A stretch of 64,000 nucleotides of DNA from Botryllus schlosseri (taxonomy: Eukaryota), in the NCBI GenBank assembly GCA_051294905.1, contig CM119383.1, positions 10,354,001-10,418,000 of the forward strand, read 5' to 3'. Positions within the stretch are counted from its first letter, which is position 1, and every line of letters begins with the position of its first letter. Of this stretch, positions 33,701 to 47,910 are shown piece by piece. The translations under genes and the position numbers were made by a program. Under the pieces are notes generated by a model that saw only the letters and a program-made list of their open reading frames with translations, made no database searches and was not told the origin of the DNA.

Positions 33701-36321
33701 AGATATAGCAACATTCTCTCATCTGTTTCACAGAATAATCAGCAATATATGTGTCCAAGAAAGGCTGCACTCTCGTGTTTTGGCATCGGGATGGCTTTCA
33801 AGTCTTGTGAAGATGTCAAAATCGGGGATACTCGCCGTCCGAATGGAGGTAAATATGCTTTCTCCTTTTGCATACAAAATCTAATTGACAGTGCTTCAAA
33901 CTACTTACATTTTCAGGCATCAAGAGCGTTGGCAAATTTGGACAGAAAAAGCATGGACGATAAATATGTGGATGGCGTTTATGAGATTTATCCTCGACAC
34001 CGAACAAAGTGTGAAAATTTGATTCGACCGAGGCAATGACTCCGAAGTCTAATGTTGTTTCCTCTCATTAGAAATGAACCTGCTATCGATGTTGTCTTTA
34101 TCCACGGGTTGCTTGGTGGGGCTTTCCACACTTGGAGACAGAAAGATAGGGAGCCGATAACAACGATGGATAACATTAATTGCTGGCCTGAGGTAATCTG
34201 TGTGACCGATTGACAATGCCAGTATTATTATCAGTTTTATTAATAATATCAGCAATTCAAAACGCTAAAGGGGACAAATTCAAGTCTGTCTGTCTGTATT
34301 TTTTACAGACCTGGTTACCGCAAGATATTCCTAATATTCGGGTGTTGTCGGTGGAGTATGACACTCATTTAAGTGACTGGATGCCGCACTGTCCCCATGA
34401 GAAGGAGAAAAGAACTGTAACCTTCAGAAGCCAACAGATCTTAGAAAAGCTCCGGGTAGCAGGCGTAGGTCAAAATCGGTGAGGACTTAATGTGGCAAAA
34501 TACAATACTTTTGTTTGATCAAGATTGTCGCTTTCAGTCCCGTCATATTTATCGTACATTCGATGGGCGGTTTGGTTTTGAAAAATATGCTACTTGTAGC
34601 GAATGAAAAGGATAATGAACAGAAAAAGCTTGTTGCTAACACAAGGTGTGGTAGGATCTTTCATTATTAGTCAAGTGATAATATGCGTTTTGTGTGTTAT
34701 GGTATATAGGGGCATAGTTTTCTATTCCACGCCACATTTTGGATCGCAATTGGCAGAGTATTCTAGAAAAGTAAGGAAACTTCTTTTTCCGTCGGTGGAA
34801 GTAATGACTCTTAGCCAAGGTGAGGCAATTATTAACTGTTTTCTGGCACTTGATTCAATAATGGCTGTTACGTAGATTCACCACAGCTCCATCAATTGAA
34901 CGATTCTTTCAAGAACTTGGTCGAGGATAAACAATTGAGAATACTAAGCTTCGGCGAAATGCAATCAACGTCTATCGGTTTGGGCAAGGTGAAGATCCAT
35001 GTTGTTCCACCAGAGTCGGCAGGTTTGTGACTGTATTGCAGGGACGGGCAACATACGGCCCGCGGACAGTTTCCCGTCTTACATGATATGTGGCCGCTGC
35101 CCCTGTCTCCCGAGATTCCTCGCTACTTGCTTAAACGTCAAATTTTAGTGACTGTATGTTATTACATGCGTGTGAGCGCAGCGTGAGAGAATAGAGCTTA
35201 CGCGTAAATTCGTCGTAGCGAGAAGGCTTGCATTATCGGCATTTACAATGTACTCAACCCTAATGAATTGATATATTGGTAAATTTGGGCAGGGTTGTAA
35301 TGACTCGAGTCCAACTAGAGTCACGATTTTTTGATGACTCGACTCGAGTCAATTTTTGTATTGACTCGACTTGAACTCGAGTCATTGCGCATGACTCGAA
35401 CCAAGTCATATGACTCAAGACTCAGACGGCCAAGACTGACATTTCATTGTAATTTCAAATAATAGTAAAGTAACCACACTGTTGGGATTTCATCTATTGG
35501 TACTGGTACTTGAAAATGCGTCCAGAAACTGCTAAAAGTGAGGAGAATTGGTGTAGTATAAATGCGAACCATTCGATTACACCAAACAGAGTTATAAAAA
35601 GTGGTTTTAACAAGATTTTAACTAAAAACTGAGTAGTCAACACTGTGACTTGAACTCGGACTCGTGTCATAATACCATGACTCGGACTTGGCCCTCTGCT
35701 CACTGACTTGGACTCGGACTTGACTCGGTGGTGAATTGAAAATGACTCGACTTGACTCGAGTCAAAACTATAAAAGTGAGATTGACTTGTCGGAGCCTTG
35801 TGGCTTGGTTACAACCCTGAATTTGGGGTACCGGGCTTATCGAACGCCTGGAAATCTTAATTATGAATTGCACTCTGTTAATTGATCAGAGAGAAGCTGA
35901 CATTGTGGCGGCTGTATGACGATGCTGTTCCCAAATCCACATTGTTTTCGTCATTATCGGCGAGAAATGGCTTTAAAATGACATTGCTGTCGTTAAAATA
36001 CATTCATTAAATACAATTTATTCCTTGTATATGTGGTGTGGATAAATAGGCGAATAACGTACGGCCCGCTAAGTACCTAATTTTCCTATATCCGGCCCGC
36101 CGACTGGAGAATTAGCCCGCCCCTGCTGTAGTAGGACTTTGACTGATTTTAACTCAACCCATGTCCCTCATACAGATTTAGGAACCGGACCGCTCATTCT
36201 CTGTGATACAGACCATCTGAATATATGCAAACCTGCGAGCAGATACTGTACCGTCTATCGTCAGACAATCGGATTTATGAAATCTTGCTTGTCAACAGCA
36301 ACTGATGAAAAGGATTCCTGA
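30769..36321 (+). CDS. SERAC1: Serine active site-containing protein 1 (phospholipid remodelling alpha/beta hydrolase), multi-exon
   Basis: N-terminal TM segment, [36 protein letters not shown], nucleophile HSMGG (~34555-34570), [21 protein letters not shown]. Start codon inferred. Confidence 0.92.
35039..36125. mobile_element. Older hAT MITE in the last SERAC1 intron
   Basis: CAGGGACGGGCAAC ... GCCCGCCCCTG, CGGCCCGC motifs; degenerate TSD CTGTATTG / CTGTAGTA. Confidence 0.65.
35290..35819. mobile_element. Nested hAT MITE with GACTCGAGTC repeats
   Basis: TIR CAGGGTTGTAA / TTACAACCCTG; perfect TSD AATTTGGG; sister copy at 60284-60786. Confidence 0.92.
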
Positions 36322-36536
36322 AGTTCCATAACGAATTTGCTATAAGAACAATTTTATTGTTTATTCACCTGTCCACTGTGACATGTCTGCGATGCATAGA
36401 GTTTATACTTTGAATATACCCTCTCAATTGCGGCTTTATTTTTTTCAGTTCAGTTTATCAACAAGTTATCAGATCAATACGCCATAAGAGTGCGATACAA
36501 TGAAAAGATTGGAAGGTGTGGAAACGATTTGGAGTA

Positions 36537-37147
36537 GGTCCGTGGACATATGAGCATGTGACATTGTAGCATGCGACATTAGGGCATGCGATACATGAAC
36601 ATGAACATGTGGGTTGAATTACAGGTTAGGGCAGTGGTTCCCAACGTGGGCGATATCGCCCCCCAGGGGGCGATTTGGCGGCCTAAGGGGGCGAAAATGA
36701 CGAAGGGGGCGACAGGGGGGCGAAAGTGGACAAAGGGGGCGACGGGGGGCGAAAATAGCGAAGGGGGCGATAGGGGGGCGATGACGCGACAAAACGGCTG
36801 ACCTTTTTTTTTTTTTTTTTTTAGTCAACCCACGGAACATTTAGTTACAAAAGTGTGTAAAATTAGACATCGAGCCGAAAATTTGACCTTTTTTTTTTTT
36901 TTAGTTAACCCGCCGGTGATTACAGTTTGTTTGCCCAATTTTCAGTACACAAAATTTGGGGGGCGATGATCGGTGTTGACCTTGAAAAGGGGGCGATGGG
37001 TCGAAAAAGGTTGGGAACCACTGGGTTAGGGGAAGGCTTGGGGTTAGGATATATGTAGCAGTTAATTTCAGGGTTGGTTTTGGGTTTTTAAAGTCACATG
37101 CCGAACTGTCGTTTTCCATTGTCGCATGCTCATATGTCGAACAACCC
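36537..37147. mobile_element. MITE with GG..CC termini, 8-bp TSD and degenerate TTAGGG tract (possibly Merlin-like)
   Basis: Subterminal inverted GACATATGAGCATG(T/C)GAC; perfect TSD TTGGAGTA (36529-36536, 37148-37155); related partial copy at 54049-54250. Confidence 0.75.
36632..37023. mobile_element. Nested hAT MITE, deletion derivative of the 20322-21593 family
   Basis: TIR CAGTGGTTCCCAAC; perfect TSD GGTTAGGG. Confidence 0.92.
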
Positions 37148-37438
37148 TTGGAGTAGCCTTTGAAACCAGACACCCACTTAGCCTAGGCAGATGTAAATAG
37201 GGGGCATGTGCATTGCAGTAAATGAAAAATAAAAGAAGTTAAAATGAATGGACGAGCGAGAGAATGTGGCTGGTGTAGACTATTACATCATACGATTAAC
37301 GAACTGCTGGTGTGATGTGAAATCACATCATGGTATCAGACAGAGTACTCGGAAACCATAATTTGAAGATTGAACACTGTGATGCAATAAAAAGAAAATT
37401 TTCGCAACGACTTCATGTTTATCCATCAAACCCCCACC

Positions 37439-40400
37439 ATGCCCGATTGTAAAGAGAATGAATTAATGTGGGCCTACTCGGATCCTACGCGAGAATGACA
37501 GAATCGGTTTACTCGAATCTACGTGATCGATGTTTGCGGTGAATGAAAGGTTACGGATAAGTAACACTTTGATGTGCAGATCGAGACGCTTTTGTATTTG
37601 TTCTGGGGAATACCACCAATCGCTTAACAGGTCTTCTATGACACCGGCGTGATGTTCCTAATTCGATATTCGAATCGTTCGCGGGCGAAACCCCGCAAGG
37701 CTCACCGCCATCTTATCTCTTTTAAGTTGGTGTGTGTTTGGCGCAACCCACTTAGCCTTTTCATTGGTTGCCTCGTCTCCTATTACATACGCTGTTTATG
37801 CGCCAGCTCTCTGTCTCTTTCGAAATAGGATTTTTAAAGCGAGGAACAATCTGGTCTATACAGTGAACGACTTCGCACTGTTTCGCTGCGTGTCTCGTCC
37901 GTTCGTGTTTATATAGCTCAGTGGTCTCGTCGTGCTGGATGTGATAGCGATGTCACGTACTTGAGGAATTTTGTAAACATATACCGCTTTACGTTTGTCC
38001 GATTGGTTTATTCATATAATAATTTCATTGCCGCTCGTTATGGCGTCAATGCGATCACGATAAAGACCGTCTACAGGCAGCGGTATAGTTGGTGGAAATC
38101 GCTGGCCGCCATGAACGAGACAACATTCCGCTCTCTTCGTTACTTTAAGTTGGCTGACGTATTCGCGTGCACCGCACGCACACACACCGCTATGACGCCC
38201 ACGGCTGGCGAGAGTCTATTTTATTTTCTCTTTATTCTTTGTTCCTGGCGCTCAGTTGCGCTTTCTTGTTTGTTATATATAGTTTCTATCATTGTTTTGT
38301 AAAATTAGCGATCGCACCAATGGCCGGTAAGTTATTACTTTTAATTGACATAGTTGCTAAGCAGTGTTAGGGAACACAGGAAATGGTTTTTAGTGTCTGC
38401 TATCCTGTCGATTTAATGCGAACGCTGCAGGGGAAATATGTTTCAATTTTTATTTTCTGACCGCCATCGATCGTGCTGATGTGCGCGTTATTGCCGACTG
38501 CGATTGCAGCAAAGGAGCGCTTGCAAATTTGTCGGTAGCTGGTCGCAGCTGGAGGTTGTAACTGATCAAGACTTCTATCTGTTAATAATTTGAAGCTATT
38601 ATACCAGATAGCAGCGCGTCGTGGTTGCAATGGTGTATTCCACTAAAACGTGGGAATTATACTTGCATGTTTACTTCTAATTTGAGTCCATTCGCAGTAT
38701 TTCTTATCTGCAGATGGTCAGCAAGGACAGAGCGGCCAGCAGTTCGATGCAAACGACTACTACCTAAAGCAACAAGCTGCAAGGATGTTGAGCGCTATAC
38801 AAAAAGGATGTAAGTAGAGAAATATAAGAAATTGATTAAAGTACCAGAACCAGACCAAATATGCTGTATGTTAAGCAAAAGTTGAAAGCTGCACTGTCCA
38901 CAGTTTATGTGTTAACTACAATGATTGATGTTTATAATCTCTAGCACCGCATCCTTCGCCTGTATGGAATTGGTGTCCTGTGCTCAAACTTTTGTTTTAT
39001 TTTTTATTAAATTACTTGAACTTTAAAATCATCGCCGCTCTGGCGCTCACCTGATATATCAGGCAAAAAGGCCAGCGATTCCAATCAGGCGATCCTTGTG
39101 TACACTCAATGGGTGCAAACACATGCTGTTGTATCACGCTGTCCCCAGACTGGAATCAGTGGTTGTTTTTGTCAATAAGTTGCGCGTGACAGAAGGGTTT
39201 CGTTCATAGAATAATTAAAGAATTGAATGAAAAGTTGCGCGTGACGTTTGCCACCAATTCCACTCTGGCGCTGTCCTAACTGACAAACCTTGTGGTTGAT
39301 AATTTTTTATCTTTTTCCCCATCGTTTCAGGCTAAATAGTTATACATACATACTCAAGGCGGTTCAAGTGCGAAATGTTTTAACCCTCTCCAAGATTTTG
39401 GCGTTCAACTGCCAATGTCGGAACCTATCTTTATACTCTGCAGGAAGTATTTCAGTATTCTACTTGAGTATAGCATCAATGTTATTAGCTTCTGGTGTTA
39501 TTCTACTTGAATAGAGTTGAGATATTTGGCGATATTGACAAAATAGATGCAGCCTATCTCGGATATAGCATTTCTCATTATTTGCGATTTCTTACAGACA
39601 ATGACAACTTTCAAACGACGCAAGTTTCAATGCCAAACAGTCAAAGCAACCAACAGGTGTACATGAATCACCAACAAGTTGGCAATGGTCCACTGTCACC
39701 GCAACAGCAATCTCAACAACACCAGCAGGCCCAGCAACAAGGACATCAATCATCAAGTTCCCACACTATCCAGGTGCAGCACCAACAGCTGCAACATCAA
39801 CTTCAACAGGTACATTGCATTATTAGAACAGGTTTCGTGATAATTTGGGTATTGAAATGTTATTCATAAGGAATCTTTCAAAATTTTTGTTTTATTTGAT
39901 TGTGTTCTAGTTAGTGTCTCTGCTAAATTGAAGAATTAGGATTTTTTGTTCTGTAATGGAATTATTCCCGAGAAAGCATTTTTAACGTAATATACTGTTG
40001 GCATATTTCGGTAGTAAGGATAATTTTTTGAAAAAGTAATTTAGCACACAAGATGGACCCTACTGGCTTCTAATGACATTTGTAAGATGACAGATGACCC
40101 TCTGGTAGATGATGAATGATGCTTAATCGGGTTTCGTGAAAGATGCTTCAGCTGGACGCACAATGTATTGACTGGGGTCATGTCATTACTTTTTTTTATC
40201 TCAGTCAATTAGAAAATTTAGCATAAATGTTCCCTTTTTCAATTATATTTATTGCTAACAATTTCATCATTTTAATACACCACAAGACTACGATACAATG
40301 AAAGATAGGAAGGTGTCGAAACGACTTGGAGTAGTCTTCGAAATCACTGATAACCTTCTGCCTATGGAGGCTGCTAGCATCAACTTCTAAATCAGTGGTT

Positions 40401-43400
40401 CCCAACCTTTTTATCCTAATTCCCCACTTCCAATTTATTCCGAGCCTTCATTCCCCACCTAAAATCTCTATATCCATATCTACCCTTTAAAGTGCTACCT
40501 CCAATAAAATTATGCAAGACTTTTCCTAGTCAATAGTACGTGCTATTGGTGATTTTAAAGATTCCCGGAATTGATCAGCACATAATAAAATTAACGCAGC
40601 GGTGAACTGGTAACCGTAAACGCATCTCCGTAAATATATGTATCTACCCCGGCTCGCAGCCAACAGAAAAATAGGAGGCGTTTGAAAATTTAACAAATGT
40701 TGCGGGGTAGCATCAATTTACATATGTAAATGCCGAACAATACATGGTTCGGATAAACTTCCCGATGTTGATATATATAAACCGCCGTAAACTACACTTT
40801 CGCACAATACTAAAAGAACTTGAAATAACATGAATATGTAATTTCATTTGTAACGAGTCCGGATGTGCTATCAATAGCGAGTCCCTTGAATACATGTTCA
40901 GCAATATCAGCTCTTATTACAACGAATCAGAATTTTTCTATCACTACGTTTTGTGACCGATGATGGTGTACAAATGAATAAAAACATTTCTGGAGATCGT
41001 GTGTCGCTATCCAGGCGATTCTCGCTAATTGGAGGCACTGATAATATCAATCGCTGATTTGCAAATGAGCTATGAAATATTCGGTCGGCATTTCAAAACG
41101 GCATTTAATAAAGGAGAATATTACTGTAAAGATTTTTTCAAAAGTGAGTCTATTTCCCATCAGAAATCCCGAAATTCCCCACCAGTGGGGAATTCCCCAC
41201 CGTTTGGGAAGCACTGTTCTAAGTTGTAGATATTTTGGTGAGTATTTGATCAGTTCATTCGCATTTGTTTTGAAACTTGGAATGTTAAATATTTGAGGAG
41301 GGAGTAAGGTGCACTATTTTTCTCAATATCCTTCCGGAAAGACCTGAATACACAGTTTATGTTGGAATGTACTTGAAATATATTAAATCATACTGATACT
41401 AGTCAGCAGTGTGTTATGTTCATTCTGGTGTTCTGTTGTTCAAAGTGCTTTTGTATTTCATGTCCAGTTTCCAATGTTTAATAATTGTTTCACTGATCTT
41501 CCAAGATTTAAAATGTGATTGCCGATAAAGTAGTCTGTTCTCTTCCCAGTTTCCCAATTCAATGAAAACATTGCATTGCTATGTCATCATTGGCACTGTG
41601 TCTCCAGTGTGATGGCAGCCAATTGCATCGATATCTGATTCCAATGACCAAAGAATTCTTATCAGGTTCAACAGGCGCAGCAGCAGTTCCAGCAAATGCA
41701 GCAACTCGCGCAAATGCAGCAACAGTTTCAGCAGCAATACAACCCTGTGGGAGGCGCCACCTCGCAGGGCATGGTTCAGATGAGTCAGCAGACCGTGGGA
41801 CACGAGTCATTCCCTGCTTCTAGGAGAGGACGGAAACCCACGGATAGACGCAAAAGAAAGAGACACACCTTCGTGAAAAGACCTACCACTGCCTACTTGT
41901 ATTTTGTATCGAAATACCGAGAAACGTTGAAGGAAGCGGGAGAGGTGGTTCCAAAGGTACTATGCATTACTCTCGCAGTGGATATTTGCTTGTGATTTGA
42001 TGCTTTCCATGTGCTTTCCGATTTGCTACCGTTAAAAGTTTCCCTTCGAAGTCAAATGAGTTTCAACTCCTTATTATGACTAATCAGTGAGTAATGCTAT
42101 AGAAGCAATGTTATGCTGTGTGCTTCAGAATTGAATGTTCACTGAATTGATGGATGTTCTATATTGGTATAAAAGTGCATAGACCGAGTCGAATCCATTG
42201 GAAAATGTCTTTGATGATGGGTTAGTTTTGTAGCTTCGCATACTTATCATCCCATTTGCTGATTTGTGCAGTGGTGGATATTGTTTCTTTTGGGATAGAA
42301 AGGAACTCCTTGACTGAAATGACATGCTGTGATATCAAGTGCTCTGGTTGAAATTTAGTGTCAATTCTATTTCGTCGGAAAAGAATAAATGTTTTGAAAT
42401 ACTTTAGCAATCATGTCCTAGTCTGTTCCCATCCCAAAGTACGTTGAGTTGGAAGCAAGCCTTCAATGAACGGAACCTATTGGCTATTCAAATTTCCTTG
42501 CACTTCAGTTTTGCAGTCTAGATCGAAACTGCCGTATATTTTAATTGGCTTGTTTTTCAAATTTTTTCGTATCGTTGCATGTTGACCGCTTTCAGATACT
42601 AGTATGGGCCACTTTTCCACTGGTACAGAAATTTTAGCCATATGCTTTTCCGGCATTGAGCCATGTCTCCTGAATTGCTGTGTTGTAGCAACAGTGTTAA
42701 AATTAATGAACCCATACTCTCGTTACTGTGTACCTCACTTTGTGTGCATGTAGCTAAATCTTTCTCGCACACATATTTCTTTTGTTCATTTCGCCATTTG
42801 CAATCCAATGTAGAGGGTGCACTTGTAATGAGCTTGAAGCTATCTTGTCTATTCAGGCAAAAATCATTACACAAGCCTGTGCAGAAAAGTGGCGGCACAT
42901 GAACGAAGAAGAGAAGGAGCCGTTTTTAGAGCTTGCCCGAAGAGACCGGAAACGTTGGGAACAGGACAAGTCTCTGGAGAAAAGGCCCCGAGACCCGAAC
43001 CGGCCGAAAAGGCCGCCGTCCGCTTATTTTCTGTTCTTGGCCGATTTTCGGAAGAGCTATCCCAACAAGACGGATCCAGCCAAGGTACGGAGCAAATGGG
43101 TTTGATTGCGTTGCGAGATCTTTATATTTTTCAATTCGAGTAGGAGATCACAAAGAAAGCCGGCGAGAGTTGGAACGGTTTGTCGGACCAGGAAAAGACT
43201 CCGTATTACAGAAATGCCCAAGTAGAACGGGCGAAGTGGGAGATTAACTTGGAGGCCTATAAGCAATCGGTGAGCGTCGTGCTAGTGGTGCAGCTACAGT
43301 GTTTATGATTCCCATGTCATGGGGTGTGCAACCTGCGACCCACAGAAAATTCTGCGACCTCCAAAGAAACATGCTTCTAATTTAGCTTGGTGCAATACGT

Positions 43401-44424
43401 TTTAGCTCAGCTGAGGTGGGCTTAGAGATGGACCAAAAACACTGTAATGACTAACATGTGCATATGCTCAGTTTGCACATGAATATTTTTTTGACAAAAT
43501 CGAGACAATGTCCCGGAAAAATTATTTTTTGCGCTTCGCCCAATTTTCTTCGGTCATATTGAGGATTGGTGTGTGTCGGCCGAAATAGGATTTATCGATG
43601 AATCTCATCGGCGCTGTTGCCAATGCTTGCAATTACTAGTAAGAGCAGGTGCGGCACGCAGGGTCGCCCCGTTGTCCATATCCGACTTGCTTAACAAAGA
43701 AGTTGCGGACCCCTGTTCTATGTCACTATCTGCACTTGAAACCTCAAATGTTGGGTGAGGCATGACTATGTAAATTACCTGATGCAATTTATATAACAGT
43801 GTCCCTTTATCGCTCGGAATTAGTTTTTACTCTTTCTGTTCATGCGTTATCGCTCTTTGAGTTGCGGGGTATTTTCGACTATAAACGTGTTATGGATTTT
43901 TCCAGTTGATTTTATCGTTGTTATATATTGTTATATGTAAAATTACTGCAGCAAAACTGGCGACCATTGTCTTGTCACCATGCTTTTGGTCTGCCAGATG
44001 AATATTCCAGTTGCGCAAAACCTTTGTGACCTCTAGGCCATGTTCTGTTAGGTTGTAACTTATTCATTTTTTCCAGCGCAAAGCAGCTCCTGTCACGCCC
44101 GGAAACGCCGCCCCGGCGATGGTCATCAGCCCCGGTCAACAGCAAATGACCTCGACCACGCCCATCTCGCCCGCGGGAAACGGCTCGCTGCCGCCGACAT
44201 TACTGGGCGGTCAGGCAAACATGATGGGGTCCAGCATGGGGCCGTCTACCTCTCAGGACTCTCCGTCTCCGGTCAACGCCGGGATGTCCGTGCATCAGCA
44301 GTCGCCTGTAAACGCTGGCATGTCTGTCCATCAGCAATCGCCACAAAACGCATCGCAGGTGGTGTACGGTTATCAGGGCCACCACATGATGAGTGGGTCA
44401 CAGTCGAATAATATGCAGGTATGA
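37439..44424 (+). CDS. Gln-rich HMGB-like protein with two HMG boxes (Dsp1-like layout), multi-exon
   Basis: Exons at ~38713-38810, ~39598-39809, ~41665-41957, ~42857-43084, ~43144-43269, ~44077-44424 splice in frame. KRPTTAYLYFV..ACAEKWRHMNEEEKEPF; PRDPNRPKRPPSAYFLFLADFR..KAGESWNGLSDQEKTPY. Start (CCACCATG at 37439, micro-exon MPD) is inferred. Confidence 0.85.
40393..41216. mobile_element. hAT MITE in HMG gene intron
   Basis: CAGTGGTTCCCAAC ... TTTGGGAAGCACTG; ATTCCCCAC repeats; TSD TTCTAAAT / TTCTAAGT. Confidence 0.85.
43318..43715. mobile_element. Degenerate hAT MITE in HMG gene intron
   Basis: CATGGGGTGTGCAACCT ... AAGTTGCGGACCCCTG; TSD TCCCATGT / TTCTATGT. Confidence 0.6.
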
Positions 44425-47400
44425 TTGCGTTTCTCAGCTACAAACTACTTTCAATGGTGAGGGGATTCTTTCAGTGGTCAATCATCCATTCAAAATTATG
44501 CACACTAATGTAACGGGGAATAGGTTGACTTTAGACTGGTATCCTTAGTGTACGAACGATTAACTTCTCGAACGCAAGACGGGTTAAGGCTGTGAAATAT
44601 GGCGTACCGTATATGATTTAGCAGTGCTGTCTTACCATCCATGTTACTGAGAAATGTATCACTTTCCAGGAGTGGGAACTTCTACTTGCACTAGTTTTTA
44701 AACGAATTCTGTACCGGTATTCCTCTTGGCATTTCAAATTTTATGTAGTTGGGTACATTAATCTGCGTCAGTGTCCTGTGTAATGTCCTATGCCCGCAAT
44801 TGACCTGATGGTGTGGCGATTCCAAATCTCATCTTTTCCGACTTATTGGGCATTATACGCTTTCGTGGAAGTATGCTGTGAAGCAACGAATCGGTCTGAA
44901 ATTTGTTGGTTGGTACCACAGCCGAATGGGCTGTTATGACACGATAGTGTTAGCATGCTTATCGATGACCCTGCATGTGCTATACTATCACTTTTCAGTG
45001 TTAGTTTCATTTTGATGACATGCGTCATGGTATCGTGATGTCCCATGGCCTACTTTCGTTGGTGTCATCCTCGTAAGCCAACCGCGGTGAGGCATTATTC
45101 ATAGCTGCTGTTTGCTCTTCTCAGGAACATTACATGTATTAAAGTAACCCAGAATCTTAAATATCTGCAAGAGTCCGCGCAAGGCTGAGGAAAAAGGGGA
45201 TGGATGTAGAATGTCTTGATAATCGATTGCGTGTCGGTTCGCGCGAGATTCCGCACGATGTGAAATTTTGCGGCCGTTTCAAAGAGACTTGATGTCGAAC
45301 GGAATGGCCGTCCCATTAAAACAGTTGCCGTTCAATGCCGTCCCATTGCTGATCAAACGAATGCGACATGTTTTGCAGTATCATTCGACGAGATGAATCT
45401 CGCGTCGGAGTATCATACGGCAAAGTCTCGAGAGGAAGACCTTGTATACACATCCACGCCCTCCCCGTGTTTTACGGCCATCGCGCCAGACTGCCACGTG
45501 TGACGTCGACACTGCCAGAACTTATTGAGTCAACTCGGGGGTCGCGATTTACGCGGGTCCGGCGTCCAATGTACAGAACACCGTGTGCGCGAGGAACGCC
45601 CACAAACTGCGTTTTTTACGATGAATGTTACTATTTTTTTAAATTTACGTTATTTTTGGATGTTGACAATATTCCTGTGACGTGGCCGCGTTCGCTATGA
45701 GAGTGCAACGGTGCTGGAACTCGATATCCTGAACATGCTGATATTGTTGAAACCGGTTTTTGTAACACTATTGTGGATTGTTATTACCAAGCCCCGCATT
45801 TCTATGACCGTCGCACAGCCGCGATTTCTGTAAAAATAATCTTGTCAGTTGCAATTTAACAACGTCTCTGAAAAAGGGAGCATCTGGTTTTCGGGTATCA
45901 GTGCCTTTTCAGATCGGGGCCTGCCTCTGCCTGCTTTGTTTATATTCGTGGAAGTTTCATTTTTTTTTGTAATTTTCGTGACTCATCCGATTTTTTTCTT
46001 TGCCCTGTATCGATGAAGAGAGAAACAAACGCGGTTTGAAACGCTGTTCCTGCGTTTTTTTGGCTTGAATCATTCTGAACTCCAGTGTACACGATTTGAC
46101 TACCTCACAATTTCTGCTTGTGACATAATTTATTTTTGTAGCCACATTGTCAAGTTTTTCGCGCCGTTTTTCTGCATCATGGCGATCGAATTATATTTTT
46201 GTTTTGTACCGATGGCTTCTGGTTTTCTGTTGTGAGAAATTTGCTTACCCGGAGACTTGGGCATGATGTTGCACGGTATATTGAATAATAACAAGGCTGT
46301 TTTGGGCTTGTATGAAGGGAACTGTCCACGGCGCTATCGTGAAATTATGATTACCTATTGAAAGGGTTGTGACATGCAATGCCAACGTGTTGAAGATGAT
46401 GATTAGTGTTCTACATATATACGGTAGGACACCCACAGATTATGTCCACCCTTAGTCCCTTACCCTACGTATTGTTCACTGTAATATGTATACTATTCCT
46501 TATAGAAATGAACAAGTCTGTTGCAAAATTACTTGGAATCCCAATTCTGTACACCTCTCAGACCTATTTCCTCATTATCGATAGCTACGTGGTTGCTTGA
46601 TAAATCTGGACTATTTGATGTGGATGTGCTATTATTATTTGGTCACTGGGACATGACGGGTGTAATTTTATGAGTTACTGCTGGTATTCCTTTTTAAAGC
46701 AAAATCATGTGTGTAAATGTTGGCATGGACTAGTTACCTCCTGACATCTCATAGCATTTGAACTGACTTCAATCTTTTGATGAAACACGACAAGGTTTTG
46801 AACGGTGCAACTGTCTTCACTACTTTAAGTCCCTCACGAGTCCAACAATTACCTCTAATTTTTACTGCTTGAATAACTACGTTTCCTTGCCCATGCAATT
46901 TTCGTATGCTCCATGCACCGTTCACCCCATAATTCACCGTCGACTCGTGGAGTTGTGGTATCATTTTTGAATATTGTTACACACCTTGTGACTTATATTC
47001 ACAGCGCGTCTCTTTATAACATGAGACGGAGTCGTAACAAATTTTCCTGTATTGAATATTTGAATTTTTTGGTTCAACTCATTTTCATCAATGGCTGCTC
47101 AGTACTTAGTAGATGTAATAAATGTCTTCATAGTATCATGCTACAAGGATTTGGTAGTTCAGCATTACAGAAGCCTCGTATCATATTCACACCTTTTTAT
47201 AAATGGTTCCTGGCTCACTAGTGGCGATCATAAAGCAAATATATGTTGCAGAATTGGGAATACCGTACTTGCTGAGGATCTTACATGGACATGTTGCCAC
47301 CTTCATACCATAGCAAGTTTGAATAGTTGAAAGTAGGACATCTTGAGTGCGATAAACTGAAAGCCAGTAGTTAGTCAAATGTTGCCAAATCAGCCTGTGG

Positions 47401-47910
47401 CAGTTGGAAGCACTGTGACGAGGGAAAGAGCGAATTGCATGACAAAATATATTAGTACACCTCTAATTTGTATCGGTGTTCATCACCAGTGGGACCAGAG
47501 CTGATATGGTGGATCTTGATCCTTCTATTTCACACCCAGTGAATTAGAGAATGACGTGGTGAATTACAATTTATCCAAGATTCATGACTAAGGGCTTTTG
47601 CTACAATCATAGTTCATTTGGACACGCACTTGATTAATATAACTTTATTCATGAAATGTACTGGACACAGGATCATGTGACAATACAAACAATCTCCTAT
47701 GATGAGCCTCACATTCATGGCTCACTGCTACAATTGGCAATGATACTCTACAGAAAGTATGCGGGTATAATCAATAATAGTGGAATATCGGGTAATATTC
47801 TCTCAATTGGTTGATTGAAAGATTTTGAAATGAAATTTTAAATATGGGCTGGGATATTGACTACCTTTTGTTACACCCAGCCTGGCCTAATTCATGCTAT
47901 GCTTATAGAG

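Noticed and set aside
40100-40180. C/D snoRNA candidate (TGATGA) in HMG gene intron
   Set aside because: No properly placed CTGA D box or terminal stem.
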